From IMG/VR virus record IMGVR_UViG_3300043399_000633, positions 32,887-96,886 of that record: 64,000 nucleotides of DNA. One strand, written 5' to 3'. Position 1 is the first letter of the stretch. Every line of letters begins with the position of its first letter. The translations under genes and the position numbers were made by a program. The notes beneath the pieces were generated by a model. That model worked only from the letters and a program-made list of their open reading frames with translations. It ran no database searches and had not been told where the DNA came from. Origin of the DNA: a virus. This document shows, piece by piece, positions 1 through 10,639 of this stretch.

Positions 1-2
1 TG

Positions 3-809
3 GTGGCCAGCCTAAAAGCCAATGGTAAAATCCTTCGTGAATTCAAGGATACTGTTTACTGCCCATTCGGAGCAGAATACTCAATCTTACTCAAGAACCT
101 AAATACAGTTCGTGCAGTTGTCAATGTTTACATTGATGGTGAAGATATGTTGCCAGGAGGTCTTGTTCTAAACGCAGGACAAGAAGTTGACCTAGAGCGT
201 TCGATTAAAAACGGTAACTTGATGGAGGGTAATCGTTTTAAGTTCATTGAGCGTACTAGTGCAATCGAACAATTCCGTGGTGTCAAACTAGAAGATGGTT
301 TGATTCGTATAGAATTTCAATTTGAAATGCCTAAGATAACAACATATATCAACGATACTTGGCAAAACAAAGAATGGATGCCAGGTCATTGGCGTGATAA
401 ACCATATTATGTAGGTGGAATATTGCGTAGTGTTGACTATAGTGCAGGGGAAAATACTAGAATCTCTGCAACTTCTGCAATGAATTCTACACTACAACTC
501 ATGAATCTTAGTGCTAAGGCAGAAGTTCATGATGGAATGGCTACTATGGATTGGTGTGCGAATGAAACTGGTATTACTGTACCGGGTAGCAAAAGTGAGC
601 AGAAGTTCCAAACAACTACGATCAGTGCTTTAGATCCACAAAAGTATAGTATAATTCTTAAGCTACTAGGTGAAACACCAAATAATGAACCGATACGCAC
701 ACCAATCACCACTAAATATAAACCTAAGTGCGTAACATGTGGTAAACAAAATAAAGCTAATGCTAAATTTTGTACTGAGTGCGGCACTGCACTAGAAATA
801 TTTGCGTAA
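3..809 (+). CDS. Hypothetical protein with C-terminal zinc ribbon (probably 5'-truncated)
   Basis: ORF from window edge; C-terminal CVTC...CTEC. Confidence 0.7.
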   Translation: MASLKANGKILREFKDTVYCPFGAEYSILLKNLNTVRAVVNVYIDGEDMLPGGLVLNAGQEVDLERSIKNGNLMEGNRFKFIERTSAIEQFRGVKLEDGLIRIEFQFEMPKITTYINDTWQNKEWMPGHWRDKPYYVGGILRSVDYSAGENTRISATSAMNSTLQLMNLSAKAEVHDGMATMDWCANETGITVPGSKSEQKFQTTTISALDPQKYSIILKLLGETPNNEPIRTPITTKYKPKCVTCGKQNKANAKFCTECGTALEIFA

Positions 810-864
810 AGATACACAAAGTAAATAATAGATCATTATATACACACAGAAAAGGAGCTTATAA

Positions 865-1431
865 ATGAAAACAGTTGGTAATAAATTAGAAGCATTTGTC
901 GTAACAGGCGTCAATCCCGGTAGCGATCAATTCTTTGACATTACGGAAAAGAGTTTTGAAGGTAAGTGGAAAGTAATTGTCTTTTACCCAAAAGATTTTA
1001 CTTTCGTATGTCCAACCGAAATTGTTGCATATGACAAGTTGTTCCAAGACTTTGCAGATCGTGATGCAGTACTGTTAACTGGTAGTACAGATAATGAATT
1101 CTGCAAGTTGGCTTGGCAAAGTGCTCATCCTGATTTAAAGAAGATTAGGCATATTCAATTTGCCGATACACAACGTGGTCATTGGAAAGGCGATACATTT
1201 GTAAACTTGAGCTTGTCAGAAAATTTAGGTATTTTCAGTCCCAAACACGGTGCGGTACTTCGTGCAACATTCATTGTTGATCCAGACAATGTGATTCAAC
1301 ATGTTACTGTTAATAACCTAGATGTTGGTCGTAGCCCAGAAGAAACATTGCGTGTTCTAGATGCTCTACAAACTGGGGAACTTTGTCCTTGCAGCCGTCC
1401 CGTTGGCGGAGACACTTTGAGAACCGCATAA
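865..1431 (+). CDS. ahpC: Peroxiredoxin (alkyl hydroperoxide reductase C)
   Basis: FYPKDFTFVCPTE motif, LRATFIVDP, GELCP; AAGGAG RBS. Confidence 0.95.
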   Translation: MKTVGNKLEAFVVTGVNPGSDQFFDITEKSFEGKWKVIVFYPKDFTFVCPTEIVAYDKLFQDFADRDAVLLTGSTDNEFCKLAWQSAHPDLKKIRHIQFADTQRGHWKGDTFVNLSLSENLGIFSPKHGAVLRATFIVDPDNVIQHVTVNNLDVGRSPEETLRVLDALQTGELCPCSRPVGGDTLRTA

Positions 1432-1439
1432 AATAGTAA

Positions 1440-2078
1440 ATGGCACATTTAATAGCAAATTTGCCACCTATACATTCTTTTGTTCGTCGTGAATTTTTGT
1501 ATGATTTTACTAAAGGTCATAACGAATATGAACCTTGTGTTTGGGTAAGTATCAAAAGTTTACGTGGTCAGGCATTTAGAATAGAGGCATATTTGCCGCA
1601 GTACGGCGCGTTATATGATAAATTGCCGTTGAACGCTTTTGTTAGTAGAAACAACAATCTAAATCCAGAAAATTTTCTGGATTTAGATGTATTACAAATC
1701 TGGGATTGTTTTAGTTATGATTTCACAATCATACAAAAAGCATTTCTTAGGAACTTGAGTTGCAAATTTTACGCAAAGGATAAAAATTTTTACATGGGAA
1801 ATTATTTGTTTACGGTAGATCACTGCGCCCCGGATTTAAATATAATCGATACTAGCTACGCTGAGTGGCCCGAAGATCATAAAAGTTTCAATTTTATCGA
1901 ACTAGACAACGGACAATATGCAGCACAGCCAAACAATCGTTGTATATTTTTAGATGCCTCGAGTAATCCAACAGAATTAAAATTTCCCGATTTTAAGGTA
2001 TGTACAAAAAAGTATGTCGTAGAGACTAATCCTAAATGGGCGCTCGGAGATACTGATACAGTCATGTACACTAAGTAA
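1440..2078 (+). CDS. Conserved phage hypothetical protein
   Basis: 212-aa ORF, colinear with neighbours. Confidence 0.7.
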   Translation: MAHLIANLPPIHSFVRREFLYDFTKGHNEYEPCVWVSIKSLRGQAFRIEAYLPQYGALYDKLPLNAFVSRNNNLNPENFLDLDVLQIWDCFSYDFTIIQKAFLRNLSCKFYAKDKNFYMGNYLFTVDHCAPDLNIIDTSYAEWPEDHKSFNFIELDNGQYAAQPNNRCIFLDASSNPTELKFPDFKVCTKKYVVETNPKWALGDTDTVMYTK

Positions 2079-2104
2079 CACATTATAAAATTTAAGGTAA
2101 TAAA

Positions 2105-2719
2105 ATGCTTGAAACAATTGGCGAGCTTTTTCAAGAAGCATATAAACGAAATTGGATTACTGCTAGAGATGGCAATGCTAGTATCCGCTGGCATGACCGT
2201 GATCATTTCTATGTAACACCAAGCGGCGTTCGCAAACAGATGTTACAACCGGAAATGTTCAAAAAAATGAGTTTAGATGGGCTTACCAGTATGTCATATA
2301 CTGAAATTAGCTCTAATCTAAGGCCTAGTGGTGAATTACCCATGCACATGGCACTTCAGAGCAAGATTGATACTGAGGTTAGAGTTGTATTGCACTTTCA
2401 TCCTACGTATACTGTGGCTGCTATGTATGCTGGAATTCAGCTTCCTGATCTATTAAAAGAGTTTCCAGAACTAAGCCGGTATACAACAGTGGCACCTAAT
2501 GTTCCATTGATCCCGCCGATTACTAAAGAGTTGGCCGATGCTTGTGTTAAAAATATTGGCTATCATCCAGTAACTGGTAAAGTCAAATACAACATTGTTG
2601 GTATGGATAGGCATGGAGTAGTAGCGGTTGACACTAGTCCGTGGAGAGCATTTGAACATATTGAACGATTAGAACATATTTGCAAAATAGTTTTAACTAG
2701 TGGAAAAGTAAATGTCTAA
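2105..2719 (+). CDS. Class II aldolase/adducin family protein
   Basis: DGNAS, TPSG, PSGE..MH, HFHP, HGVV metal-binding pattern. Confidence 0.9.
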   Translation: MLETIGELFQEAYKRNWITARDGNASIRWHDRDHFYVTPSGVRKQMLQPEMFKKMSLDGLTSMSYTEISSNLRPSGELPMHMALQSKIDTEVRVVLHFHPTYTVAAMYAGIQLPDLLKEFPELSRYTTVAPNVPLIPPITKELADACVKNIGYHPVTGKVKYNIVGMDRHGVVAVDTSPWRAFEHIERLEHICKIVLTSGKVNV

Positions 2720-3104
2720 AATTTTTGTCAACGGTACGTTCGATGTATTACATGTAGGTCACATTTATTTGTTAAACTTTGCAAAGAGTTTAGGAAAACA
2801 CTTGACAGTAGCAATTGACTCTGATGAACGTGTTACTAGATTGAAGGGGGCAAACAGGCCTATCAATAACGTGTATGAACGTAGCGTCATGCTACAAAAT
2901 TTAAAGGCTGTAGATGACGTTAAAGTTTTTGACACAGATGAAGATTTAATTGATATCATAAAAACCTGTGATATAATGGTCAAAGGTGGAGATTATAGTA
3001 ACCTACCTATTATAGGTAATGAACATATTGAAGTGATTTTGTTCGAAAGAATACATGGATATTCCAGCACACAAAAGATTCAAGATATTATTAATCGGGG
3101 ATAA
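2712..3104 (+). CDS. RfaE domain II-like adenylyl/cytidylyltransferase (HldC-like)
   Basis: NGTFDVLHVGH, KG.NRPIN, KGGDY, SSTQKI. Confidence 0.9.
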   Translation: MSKIFVNGTFDVLHVGHIYLLNFAKSLGKHLTVAIDSDERVTRLKGANRPINNVYERSVMLQNLKAVDDVKVFDTDEDLIDIIKTCDIMVKGGDYSNLPIIGNEHIEVILFERIHGYSSTQKIQDIINRG

Positions 3105-3822
3105 TTGTAAGGATACATATGTTTACGGAAACGTAAACCGTTTAAGTCCAGAAGCTCCTGTTCCGATATTTCAACCTAATTCAGAAATTGTGTTAGAGGG
3201 TATGGCTGGAAATGTCCGTAAGAACCTCGAAGCACTGCATTGTGAAGTAAGGTTTTATCACAGTGAAATTAGTGAAAAGAAAAGGTTAATCGACCAGCGC
3301 AGCAAACAGCATCTAATTAGAATAGACAATGATGCTAAATGTACTCCGATATTGGGTGCATTCATTGAAACTGCAGAGTTGAATACATATCAAGCAGTGG
3401 TTGTCAGTGATTATAATAAAGGTACGGTACCTACATCTCTTATTGAATGGCTGCGAAAAGAGTACAACGGTCCTATCTTTATAGATACTAAAAAAACAGA
3501 CTTACAACGATTTAACGGATGTTATATCAAAATTAATCAACTAGAAAGAAGTTTAGCAAAAACGTTACCTGATGATGAATGGTTGATAGTTACTAAAGGT
3601 GAAAAGGGCGCAGAATATTTAGGATATACCATTGCACCTGACGTAAGTGACGATGTTATTGATGTTTGTGGAGCCGGAGATACATTTCTAGCAGCATTAG
3701 TTTACAGGTATTTAGACACTAAAGACATTCGTAAATCTATTATTTTTGCTAATAAAGCAGCAGGCATTACAGTACAACACGTAGGAGTATATGCTCCTAA
3801 ACTAGAGGAATTAATACCATGA
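3055..3822 (+). CDS. RfaE domain I-like heptose kinase (PfkB family, HldA-like)
   Basis: RLSPEAPVP, SDYNKG, DVCGAGDTF. Confidence 0.9.
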   Translation: MDIPAHKRFKILLIGDNCKDTYVYGNVNRLSPEAPVPIFQPNSEIVLEGMAGNVRKNLEALHCEVRFYHSEISEKKRLIDQRSKQHLIRIDNDAKCTPILGAFIETAELNTYQAVVVSDYNKGTVPTSLIEWLRKEYNGPIFIDTKKTDLQRFNGCYIKINQLERSLAKTLPDDEWLIVTKGEKGAEYLGYTIAPDVSDDVIDVCGAGDTFLAALVYRYLDTKDIRKSIIFANKAAGITVQHVGVYAPKLEELIP

Positions 3823-4178
3823 GTAGATTAGAAGGTTATGTAGAAAAAGGCTGGGGTCATGAATTTATATTTGCAACTAATGACAAATATTGCGGAAAGA
3901 TTCTCAAGTTCAACAAAGACGCAAAGTTCAGTATGCATTTTCATGCAGAAAAAGACGAGACATGGTTTGTACTACATGGTAAATTTATTGTCAAATACAT
4001 AGACACTAATACAGCTACTGAACACCAACAAGAATTAAATCCAAATGATGTATGGAGAAATTTACCATTGTTCCCACACCAAGTTATTTGTTTAGAAGAA
4101 GGTGTTATAATTGAAGTATCTACACCGGATAGTGTAGAAGATAATTATAGGATAGCAAAAGGGGACAGTCAAAAATGA
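3819..4178 (+). CDS. Cupin, sugar-phosphate isomerase-like
   Basis: KGWG.E, SMHFH..KDETW, EVST...D.YR. Confidence 0.8.
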   Translation: MSRLEGYVEKGWGHEFIFATNDKYCGKILKFNKDAKFSMHFHAEKDETWFVLHGKFIVKYIDTNTATEHQQELNPNDVWRNLPLFPHQVICLEEGVIIEVSTPDSVEDNYRIAKGDSQK

Positions 4179-4471
4179 GTGTTTATATGGTTGATATAGA
4201 TAACACTATTTGTATTAGTAAAGGTAGTGATTATGCTAACAGTGAACCAATAACCAATCGGATTAAACAAGTCAATGAATTATATGATGCAGGGCATAAA
4301 ATAATATATTGGACAGCCAGAGGTGGTAACAGTGGTATAGATTGGACTGATACAACTCATAATCAATTAGCAGCTTGGGGCTGCAAATATAATGAAATAC
4401 GCATGGGCAAACCTGTGTATGATATTTGGATTGATGATAAAGCTATTAATTCTGACGATTTTTTTAAATGA
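4175..4471 (+). CDS. HAD-family phosphatase (capsule-biosynthesis type)
   Basis: DIDNTI, WTAR, GKP..D.WIDDK. Confidence 0.85.
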   Translation: MSVYMVDIDNTICISKGSDYANSEPITNRIKQVNELYDAGHKIIYWTARGGNSGIDWTDTTHNQLAAWGCKYNEIRMGKPVYDIWIDDKAINSDDFFK

Positions 4472-5259
4472 AAATTTTACTTACAGGTCACAGGGGTTTT
4501 ATTGGGTCAAACATGCTAAAGACTTTAGCAGGCCACGATGTAACTACATTTGAATGGGGAGACACATTGCCTAATGTTAGTGGGCACGATTGGGTAATTC
4601 ATATGGGAGCAAATAGTTCTACAGTTGAACGCAACATCGAAAAAATTATGATGCAAAATGTTGACTTCAGTGTATGGTTACTTAAACAATGCATAGAAAA
4701 TGGTATCGATTTTCAATATTCTAGCAGTGCTAGCGTATATGGACTACGTAAAAATAACTTCAAGGAAGACGCACCAGTAGATCCTAGAAATCCATATGCA
4801 TGGACTAAGTATCTATTTGAGCGGCACGTTAACAATATAACACCCAAAGCATTAAAAGGAATACGTGTACAGGGTTTTAGATATTTCAACGTATATGGAC
4901 CTAATGAAGATCATAAGCAAGATCAAGCAAGTCCATATCATAAGTTTACCAAGCAATTTCGTGAAACAGGTAAAATAAAACTATTTGAAAACAGCGACAA
5001 GTATTACAGAGATTTTGTACCCGTCGAGCAAGTATGTCAGACACATATTGATTTTTTTGATGTAAGAGAATCCGGTGTATGGAATGTCGGTACAGGAACC
5101 CCTAAAAGCTTTTTAGATGTTGCATTAAGCATAGCACCTGCAGACTGCATTGAGTACATTCCCATGCCTGATATATTACGCGATAACTATCAAGAATACA
5201 CATGTGCAGACATGACAAAAACACTAGAGAGTCTTAGAAACAAAGGAGAAAAATTATGA
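4468..5259 (+). CDS. hldD: ADP-L-glycero-D-manno-heptose 6-epimerase
   Basis: TG..GFIGS, H.GA.SST, SSASVYG, YxxxK, RYFNVYG, RDFV. Confidence 0.85.
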   Translation: MKILLTGHRGFIGSNMLKTLAGHDVTTFEWGDTLPNVSGHDWVIHMGANSSTVERNIEKIMMQNVDFSVWLLKQCIENGIDFQYSSSASVYGLRKNNFKEDAPVDPRNPYAWTKYLFERHVNNITPKALKGIRVQGFRYFNVYGPNEDHKQDQASPYHKFTKQFRETGKIKLFENSDKYYRDFVPVEQVCQTHIDFFDVRESGVWNVGTGTPKSFLDVALSIAPADCIEYIPMPDILRDNYQEYTCADMTKTLESLRNKGEKL

Positions 5260-5813
5260 CAACGGTAACAAGTATGCCACCTGTAACAATAGGTGGCAAT
5301 TGGCTAGAGCAGGTTAAGGCAAGTATTCCTGATCATGCTAAAGATATTAAGCTTAACTTAGATGCAGTTATTAATCGCAGTGGCCTAGATCCGGTAGATA
5401 CACATGCTATTGCATATGCGTCTGCAATTGCTGCGGGCAATGGTGGTTTGGCATTTGAAATCGAACACAATGGTCCACTATTTACTGCTGAAAAAGAACG
5501 CGAAGCAGCTAAAACAGCAGCAGCACTTATGGGTATGAATAATATATACTATCCATTTGTAGAAATGACACAAGATCCAGACTTAAAAGGACTACCACCC
5601 GGACTGCGTATGAATGCATATGCTACACACGGTGGAGTTTCAAAAAAGAAATTTGAAATGTATGCACTAGCTGCAAGTATTGTCGGTAAATGTCATTTCT
5701 GTGTTAAGAACCACTACGATGTTCTTAAGAAGGAAGGCATGACTGTGCAAGAATTACAGATGGTTGGTAAAATTGCTAGCGTTATTAATGCAGTCGGTAA
5801 AATTGCCATATAA
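5256..5813 (+). CDS. ahpD: Alkylhydroperoxidase AhpD
   Basis: PDHAKDIKLNL, MNNIYY, LRMN, CHFC..NH. Confidence 0.9.
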   Translation: MTTVTSMPPVTIGGNWLEQVKASIPDHAKDIKLNLDAVINRSGLDPVDTHAIAYASAIAAGNGGLAFEIEHNGPLFTAEKEREAAKTAAALMGMNNIYYPFVEMTQDPDLKGLPPGLRMNAYATHGGVSKKKFEMYALAASIVGKCHFCVKNHYDVLKKEGMTVQELQMVGKIASVINAVGKIAI

Positions 5814-6428
5814 ATGAATACTCAATACGCCGTGCAATTGCCCATTGTAATACAATGGATGAATGCATTACGAAAAATTCCTGCTGCTGATAGAGAAAGA
5901 GCACTAGAAGGATTTTGGGACACACAACTAACTAGTAAGTGTTGGATAATCAATACTATTCTAGAGCATAACTTAAACGCTAAGTGTGTTTATGTGTTTG
6001 GTGGCTGGACCGGCGTATTGAGTAGTTTACTTTTATCTAACGAAAATTTAAAAGTAGATAAAGCATATAGCATTGATATTGATCCGTGGTGCAGACCTAT
6101 AGCTAAAAATATGTGTGATAATAATATAAGATTTGCTGCTGTAACTGCTGACATGGGAACATATAAATACTCCACTAATCCTACATTAGTTATAAATACG
6201 AGTACTGAACATGTTAGTCAAGAAGTTTATGACCAGTGGTATGACAATATACCCGATTCTACTACAGTATTGATACAAGGTAACAATTTCTTTTCATGCC
6301 CCGAGCATGTTCGTTGTACAAACTCACTTGATGAATTTTTGAAAATAAATAAAGCATTCGATGTAGTGTATGCAGGCTCATTGGTTAATCCGCAGTACAC
6401 TAGATATATGTCAATATTTAAAAAGTAA
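5814..6428 (+). CDS. Class I SAM-dependent methyltransferase-like protein
   Basis: VFGGWTG, SIDID, INTSTEH. Confidence 0.7.
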   Translation: MNTQYAVQLPIVIQWMNALRKIPAADRERALEGFWDTQLTSKCWIINTILEHNLNAKCVYVFGGWTGVLSSLLLSNENLKVDKAYSIDIDPWCRPIAKNMCDNNIRFAAVTADMGTYKYSTNPTLVINTSTEHVSQEVYDQWYDNIPDSTTVLIQGNNFFSCPEHVRCTNSLDEFLKINKAFDVVYAGSLVNPQYTRYMSIFKK

Positions 6429-6430
6429 CT

Positions 6431-7279
6431 ATGACGGTGTGGAGTTTTTGTCCCGATCAAATTAAAGATACACTATCCAAAGTAATTCAAAAAAATAAAG
6501 GTGACTATGACGATTTAATCGCATATCGCAATAATTGGATTGATTGGATACATAACTTTAGTGGGTGTGAGAATAAAAAACAGTGGGCTGTATGCAATGG
6601 TATTCATGATGCGCTTATCAATCAAGTAAGCTATAAACATAAATCTGTTAACAAGTTTTATGCATTCATCACTGACTATAGATTTTATCACGCGATATTA
6701 CGACCCTATAATCATCAATTAATACTTCCACAACACATTAACAAAATTGAACCTAATAGTTATGTGTTGGTGAGTCAACCCAATCATGAGGGTAAAATTA
6801 CAGACTGGTTTCCACTACTAGTAGAACATTGCAAAAAGGTAAATACGTCTATATTTTTAGATTGCGCTTTTTATGGAACCACCTTTGACACACTCGACAC
6901 TAGTGATTATATTTTTGATTCAGTAGCATTTAGTCTCAGTAAGAATTTTTTACTAGGTGGATTGAGGGCAGGAATTGTGTTTAGTGATAGTCTAGCTGAA
7001 ACGCTTACGATACCTATTAGTACTCATTTTACTTATAACTATTTTAATAGTCAGGCTGTGCTTTCAGCAAATGCTATTTTACCTAAATATAAATCATCCT
7101 ATATTACTGAATTTGCTAAACCTAGACAATTACAATATTGCGCACAGAACAACTTAAAACCAGCAGACATCTGGATGTGGGCTTTTGATTGTAATGGTCG
7201 TAAAATATGTATTACTGAACATATCAAACAAGAAATTCAACTAGATTTAAACAATAGGTACCCGATCCTTATCGACTGA
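6431..7279 (+). CDS. PLP-dependent aminotransferase-like protein
   Basis: FLDCAF, FSLSK, GLRAG fold-type I pattern. Confidence 0.6.
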   Translation: MTVWSFCPDQIKDTLSKVIQKNKGDYDDLIAYRNNWIDWIHNFSGCENKKQWAVCNGIHDALINQVSYKHKSVNKFYAFITDYRFYHAILRPYNHQLILPQHINKIEPNSYVLVSQPNHEGKITDWFPLLVEHCKKVNTSIFLDCAFYGTTFDTLDTSDYIFDSVAFSLSKNFLLGGLRAGIVFSDSLAETLTIPISTHFTYNYFNSQAVLSANAILPKYKSSYITEFAKPRQLQYCAQNNLKPADIWMWAFDCNGRKICITEHIKQEIQLDLNNRYPILID

Positions 7280-7747
7280 TCCCATTAAATGTAGTCGATG
7301 TTCGTCAGAGCAATTCATAAAAGTGTGTTGTTTAGTAGTGTCAACATAATACACAAGACCTTTAGGTAAATGTTGTATGGTTCCGGCACGAAACACAAAA
7401 TAACATTCAGGATTGGTGATTATTGGTATGTGTATTCTAGGAGTAGAATCTCTATGCATACTATAACAAGACCACGGTGATACCATCATTAAACGAGTTC
7501 TTTTTAATTGAAATTTATCAATAAGGTTTTCAACGATAGTTCCGGTAAAAAATTCATTTAATATATTGAATTCTAAGTCAGATCCATAACCTTTGCCCAG
7601 CCCACTAGTGTTTTTATCGTCACCCAACTTGTATTGAATACTTACTTGTTTACCTTTACCGTAATCTACCCATATTAATTCATCTTTAACTGACTCATAA
7701 TATTTTAGTAACGTATCAACTTCTATTCTATCAATTATTTTGATCAT
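7247..7747 (-). CDS. Asp/Asn beta-hydroxylase-like 2OG-Fe(II) oxygenase
   Basis: HRD, RIHIPIITN, HTFMN, RLHL. Confidence 0.75.
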   Translation of the reverse strand: MIKIIDRIEVDTLLKYYESVKDELIWVDYGKGKQVSIQYKLGDDKNTSGLGKGYGSDLEFNILNEFFTGTIVENLIDKFQLKRTRLMMVSPWSCYSMHRDSTPRIHIPIITNPECYFVFRAGTIQHLPKGLVYYVDTTKQHTFMNCSDEHRLHLMGSVDKDRVPIV

Positions 7748-8369
7748 TTTTGTCTATCCTAAATCGTAAAGAAATACCTGTCTTTTCACCAGTGAAATTG
7801 GAGGTTGCATGTAATTTTCTACAATCAAATACTATGATGCTTCCGATTTCAAATGGGTATGCGTTTCCATTCAATCCAAACAATGTATGTTCTGGATATT
7901 GCGGCAAGTAACTACGTAGCTCTGGGTCTATCTGTTTGCCGGTTAATTTTTTTACTGGATACTCATAAGGGCATCCTTTTACTCCTATGTTTATTTCGAA
8001 ACTTTGAACACGATATTGCATACACCACGTTGTGCTATCAAGATGCCACTCTTGATCAAACACAATTAAATATGGCAAAGATTGTGTATACTCTAAAGGT
8101 ATAACAACATTTATTTCATTTTTTAAATGTGGTTTGTAGTCTGTATGAGGTAAGTAAGGAATCGAATGTTTGTAAAAATTTCCAGTGCAATAGGTAATGT
8201 TATAATCAAATAGACTCTGAACATAAGGAACTAACATTTTTAAACATTCGTTAGGTCCTGCTTTGTTCATTGTAACAGTGTCATATTTTTCTTTATTTTT
8301 ATACTCGATAAGGCATTGTTGTATGACATCATTTGGTATAAAATTATGTTTTTGAAAGCTGGGTATCAT
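7731..8369 (-). CDS. 2OG-Fe(II) oxygenase-like protein
   Basis: HTD...FD...LH pattern. Confidence 0.55.
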   Translation of the reverse strand: MIPSFQKHNFIPNDVIQQCLIEYKNKEKYDTVTMNKAGPNECLKMLVPYVQSLFDYNITYCTGNFYKHSIPYLPHTDYKPHLKNEINVVIPLEYTQSLPYLIVFDQEWHLDSTTWCMQYRVQSFEINIGVKGCPYEYPVKKLTGKQIDPELRSYLPQYPEHTLFGLNGNAYPFEIGSIIVFDCRKLHATSNFTGEKTGISLRFRIDKNDQNN

Positions 8370-8400
8370 AAATATTATTTATACACTAAACTTTACTCTA

Positions 8401-9417
8401 ATGAAATGTATCTGGATTGAAAATAGAATAAGTATCGAAACTGATGGGTACACAAGACCATGTTGTTTAGAAACCGATAATCTTGCACGTATCGACAAGA
8501 TAGATAATGGAATTCTGCATAGCTTCAACCACTCAAAATTATTATCGCTAAGAGAAAATTTAAAAGATGGTTATGGACCACTAACTAAACGTTATTGCCA
8601 TAGATGTGAAGATTTAGAAACAAAAGGACAACCTAGTCTAAGAACAATAAGCGGCAATGCAGAAGGTCCGAGAAAACTCAAATATATACAGTTTAAGTTA
8701 AGCAATCAATGTCAGTTGGCTTGTGTTCATTGTGCCAGTGGCCGTAGCAGCACATGGGCAAAACTTAATGGTGAATCGCCCCATGTTAAGAAGGCATTTC
8801 AAATTACCGATGCCTTCATTGATGAACTGAAAATGCTGTTACCTGATATCGAAACATTGAAATTTTCGGGTGGCGAACCTTTTCTTCAACCTGAACATTG
8901 GAAACTCTTAGAAGTATTAAAATCAGAGAATCGTAGTCATTGCAAGTTAGAGTACATAACTAACGGGATTAGTCCAATACGACCTGATCTTTGGGAAGGA
9001 TGGAAATCAATAGATTGTTCTATAAGTGCAGATGGATTTGAGGATACGTATGAATGGTTTAGACGAGGTAGTAGTTGGTCAGAGTTACTAAGTAATATTA
9101 AAATCATTGAGCAATACAGTAATGTGTCTATAAATTTTGCAGTCACACCCTACACTGTTAGCGACTATTTACAGTCTAAAGAATTTTGGTCTGATAAGTA
9201 TCACTTTAGTGAATTCCCTGTCGTCTATCCGGCATATTGCAGTATGCTCAAATTCCCAACAGAATATATACAACAGTTAGATAGGTATACTGAAATTCCA
9301 TTCACTAGTGGATGCAGTCCAACAGGTGATATAAATATTTTTCGAAATTGGGCTAACAAAATTGATACAATGTGGAATACTGTTGGAAAAGCAAAACAAT
9401 TATTTTGGTGGATGTAG
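8401..9417 (+). CDS. Radical SAM protein with N-terminal Twitch/SPASM-like domain
   Basis: CQLACVHC, SGGEP, N-terminal C...PCC. Confidence 0.85.
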   Translation: MKCIWIENRISIETDGYTRPCCLETDNLARIDKIDNGILHSFNHSKLLSLRENLKDGYGPLTKRYCHRCEDLETKGQPSLRTISGNAEGPRKLKYIQFKLSNQCQLACVHCASGRSSTWAKLNGESPHVKKAFQITDAFIDELKMLLPDIETLKFSGGEPFLQPEHWKLLEVLKSENRSHCKLEYITNGISPIRPDLWEGWKSIDCSISADGFEDTYEWFRRGSSWSELLSNIKIIEQYSNVSINFAVTPYTVSDYLQSKEFWSDKYHFSEFPVVYPAYCSMLKFPTEYIQQLDRYTEIPFTSGCSPTGDINIFRNWANKIDTMWNTVGKAKQLFWWM

Positions 9418-9424
9418 TAAAAAC

Positions 9425-10627
9425 ATGAATGAAACCTTTTGCATATTGCCCTGGTTACATCTCTATGTACACACCGATGGTAATGTTTTTCCTTGCTGTA
9501 CTAGTTGGGCAGGAAAAGATTCAGCAGTATTGGGTAGTATAAAATCAGAATCATTAGAACACATATTCAATACAGATAAAATAAAGCAGTTAAGGTTAGA
9601 TATGTTATCTAACAAACACCGCAATGATGTATGCTTTAAGTGCTATACTCAAGAAAAACATGGTTATAATAGTCCTAGAATCGCACATAATCAACGTTTT
9701 CAGCATCTAACGAAAAATTTAATTAGTAGTACAGCAACTAATGGAGAAGTTTCTCCTAACATAAAATCTATTGATATTAGACTTACCAATACATGCAACT
9801 TAAAATGCAGAAAGTGTAATCCACAATTGAGTTCAGCTATCGAGGCTGAGCAAAAAAATAAAACCATATTAATACAAGATGAAACATCTATCGAGATTTT
9901 AGAAGAACAATATCCTAACATAGAACACATATACTTTGCCGGCGGGGAACCTAGTCTAATGAAATATCAGTATGATATTTTAGTAAAATTAATAGATTTG
10001 GGCAGAGCCCACGAAGTATCTCTTGATTATAATATCAATGGAACAAACTTAAAATACAAATCTCTTGACCTATTGTCACTTTGGTCTAAATTTAAAAGAG
10101 TTAATGTACTAGTAAGTATTGATGGGATAGACGAACATGCAGAATACATTAGACATGGGTTCAAGTGGCAATTGATATTAAAAAATATTCATAAGTTAAT
10201 GGAATATCAAAAAACATCTAACAATTTTCATTTGGGATATTTTTGTACAGTTGATATACTAAATGTACACCATATCATTGATCTAACAGAGTACTTCAAA
10301 AATACTGGATTAATTACAGATGACATCAATATGTCATACCATATTTTGATGTTGCCTAGATATTACAACATAGATATATTACCGGCAAAAATTAAACTAG
10401 ATTTGGTTACCAAAATAAATACCTATGTTGATACTAACAAAACAACTAACAATTTAAGTTTTTTTGAAACACTAAAATTGCAGCTCATGAAAAATCATGA
10501 CAAAGATTTTAGTAATGAACTTAAAGAGTTCAAAAAAGTCACTATGAATTTAGACAGGATAAGAGGTGAGAATTTTTGCAATACGTTCCCGTATTATAAA
10601 GAGATGTGGGATAATATTACCATTTAA
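9425..10627 (+). CDS. Radical SAM protein with N-terminal Twitch/SPASM-like domain
   Basis: FCILPW, PCC, CNLKCRKC, AGGEP, SIDG. Confidence 0.9.
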   Translation: MNETFCILPWLHLYVHTDGNVFPCCTSWAGKDSAVLGSIKSESLEHIFNTDKIKQLRLDMLSNKHRNDVCFKCYTQEKHGYNSPRIAHNQRFQHLTKNLISSTATNGEVSPNIKSIDIRLTNTCNLKCRKCNPQLSSAIEAEQKNKTILIQDETSIEILEEQYPNIEHIYFAGGEPSLMKYQYDILVKLIDLGRAHEVSLDYNINGTNLKYKSLDLLSLWSKFKRVNVLVSIDGIDEHAEYIRHGFKWQLILKNIHKLMEYQKTSNNFHLGYFCTVDILNVHHIIDLTEYFKNTGLITDDINMSYHILMLPRYYNIDILPAKIKLDLVTKINTYVDTNKTTNNLSFFETLKLQLMKNHDKDFSNELKEFKKVTMNLDRIRGENFCNTFPYYKEMWDNITI

Positions 10628-10639
10628 TGTATATACCAA

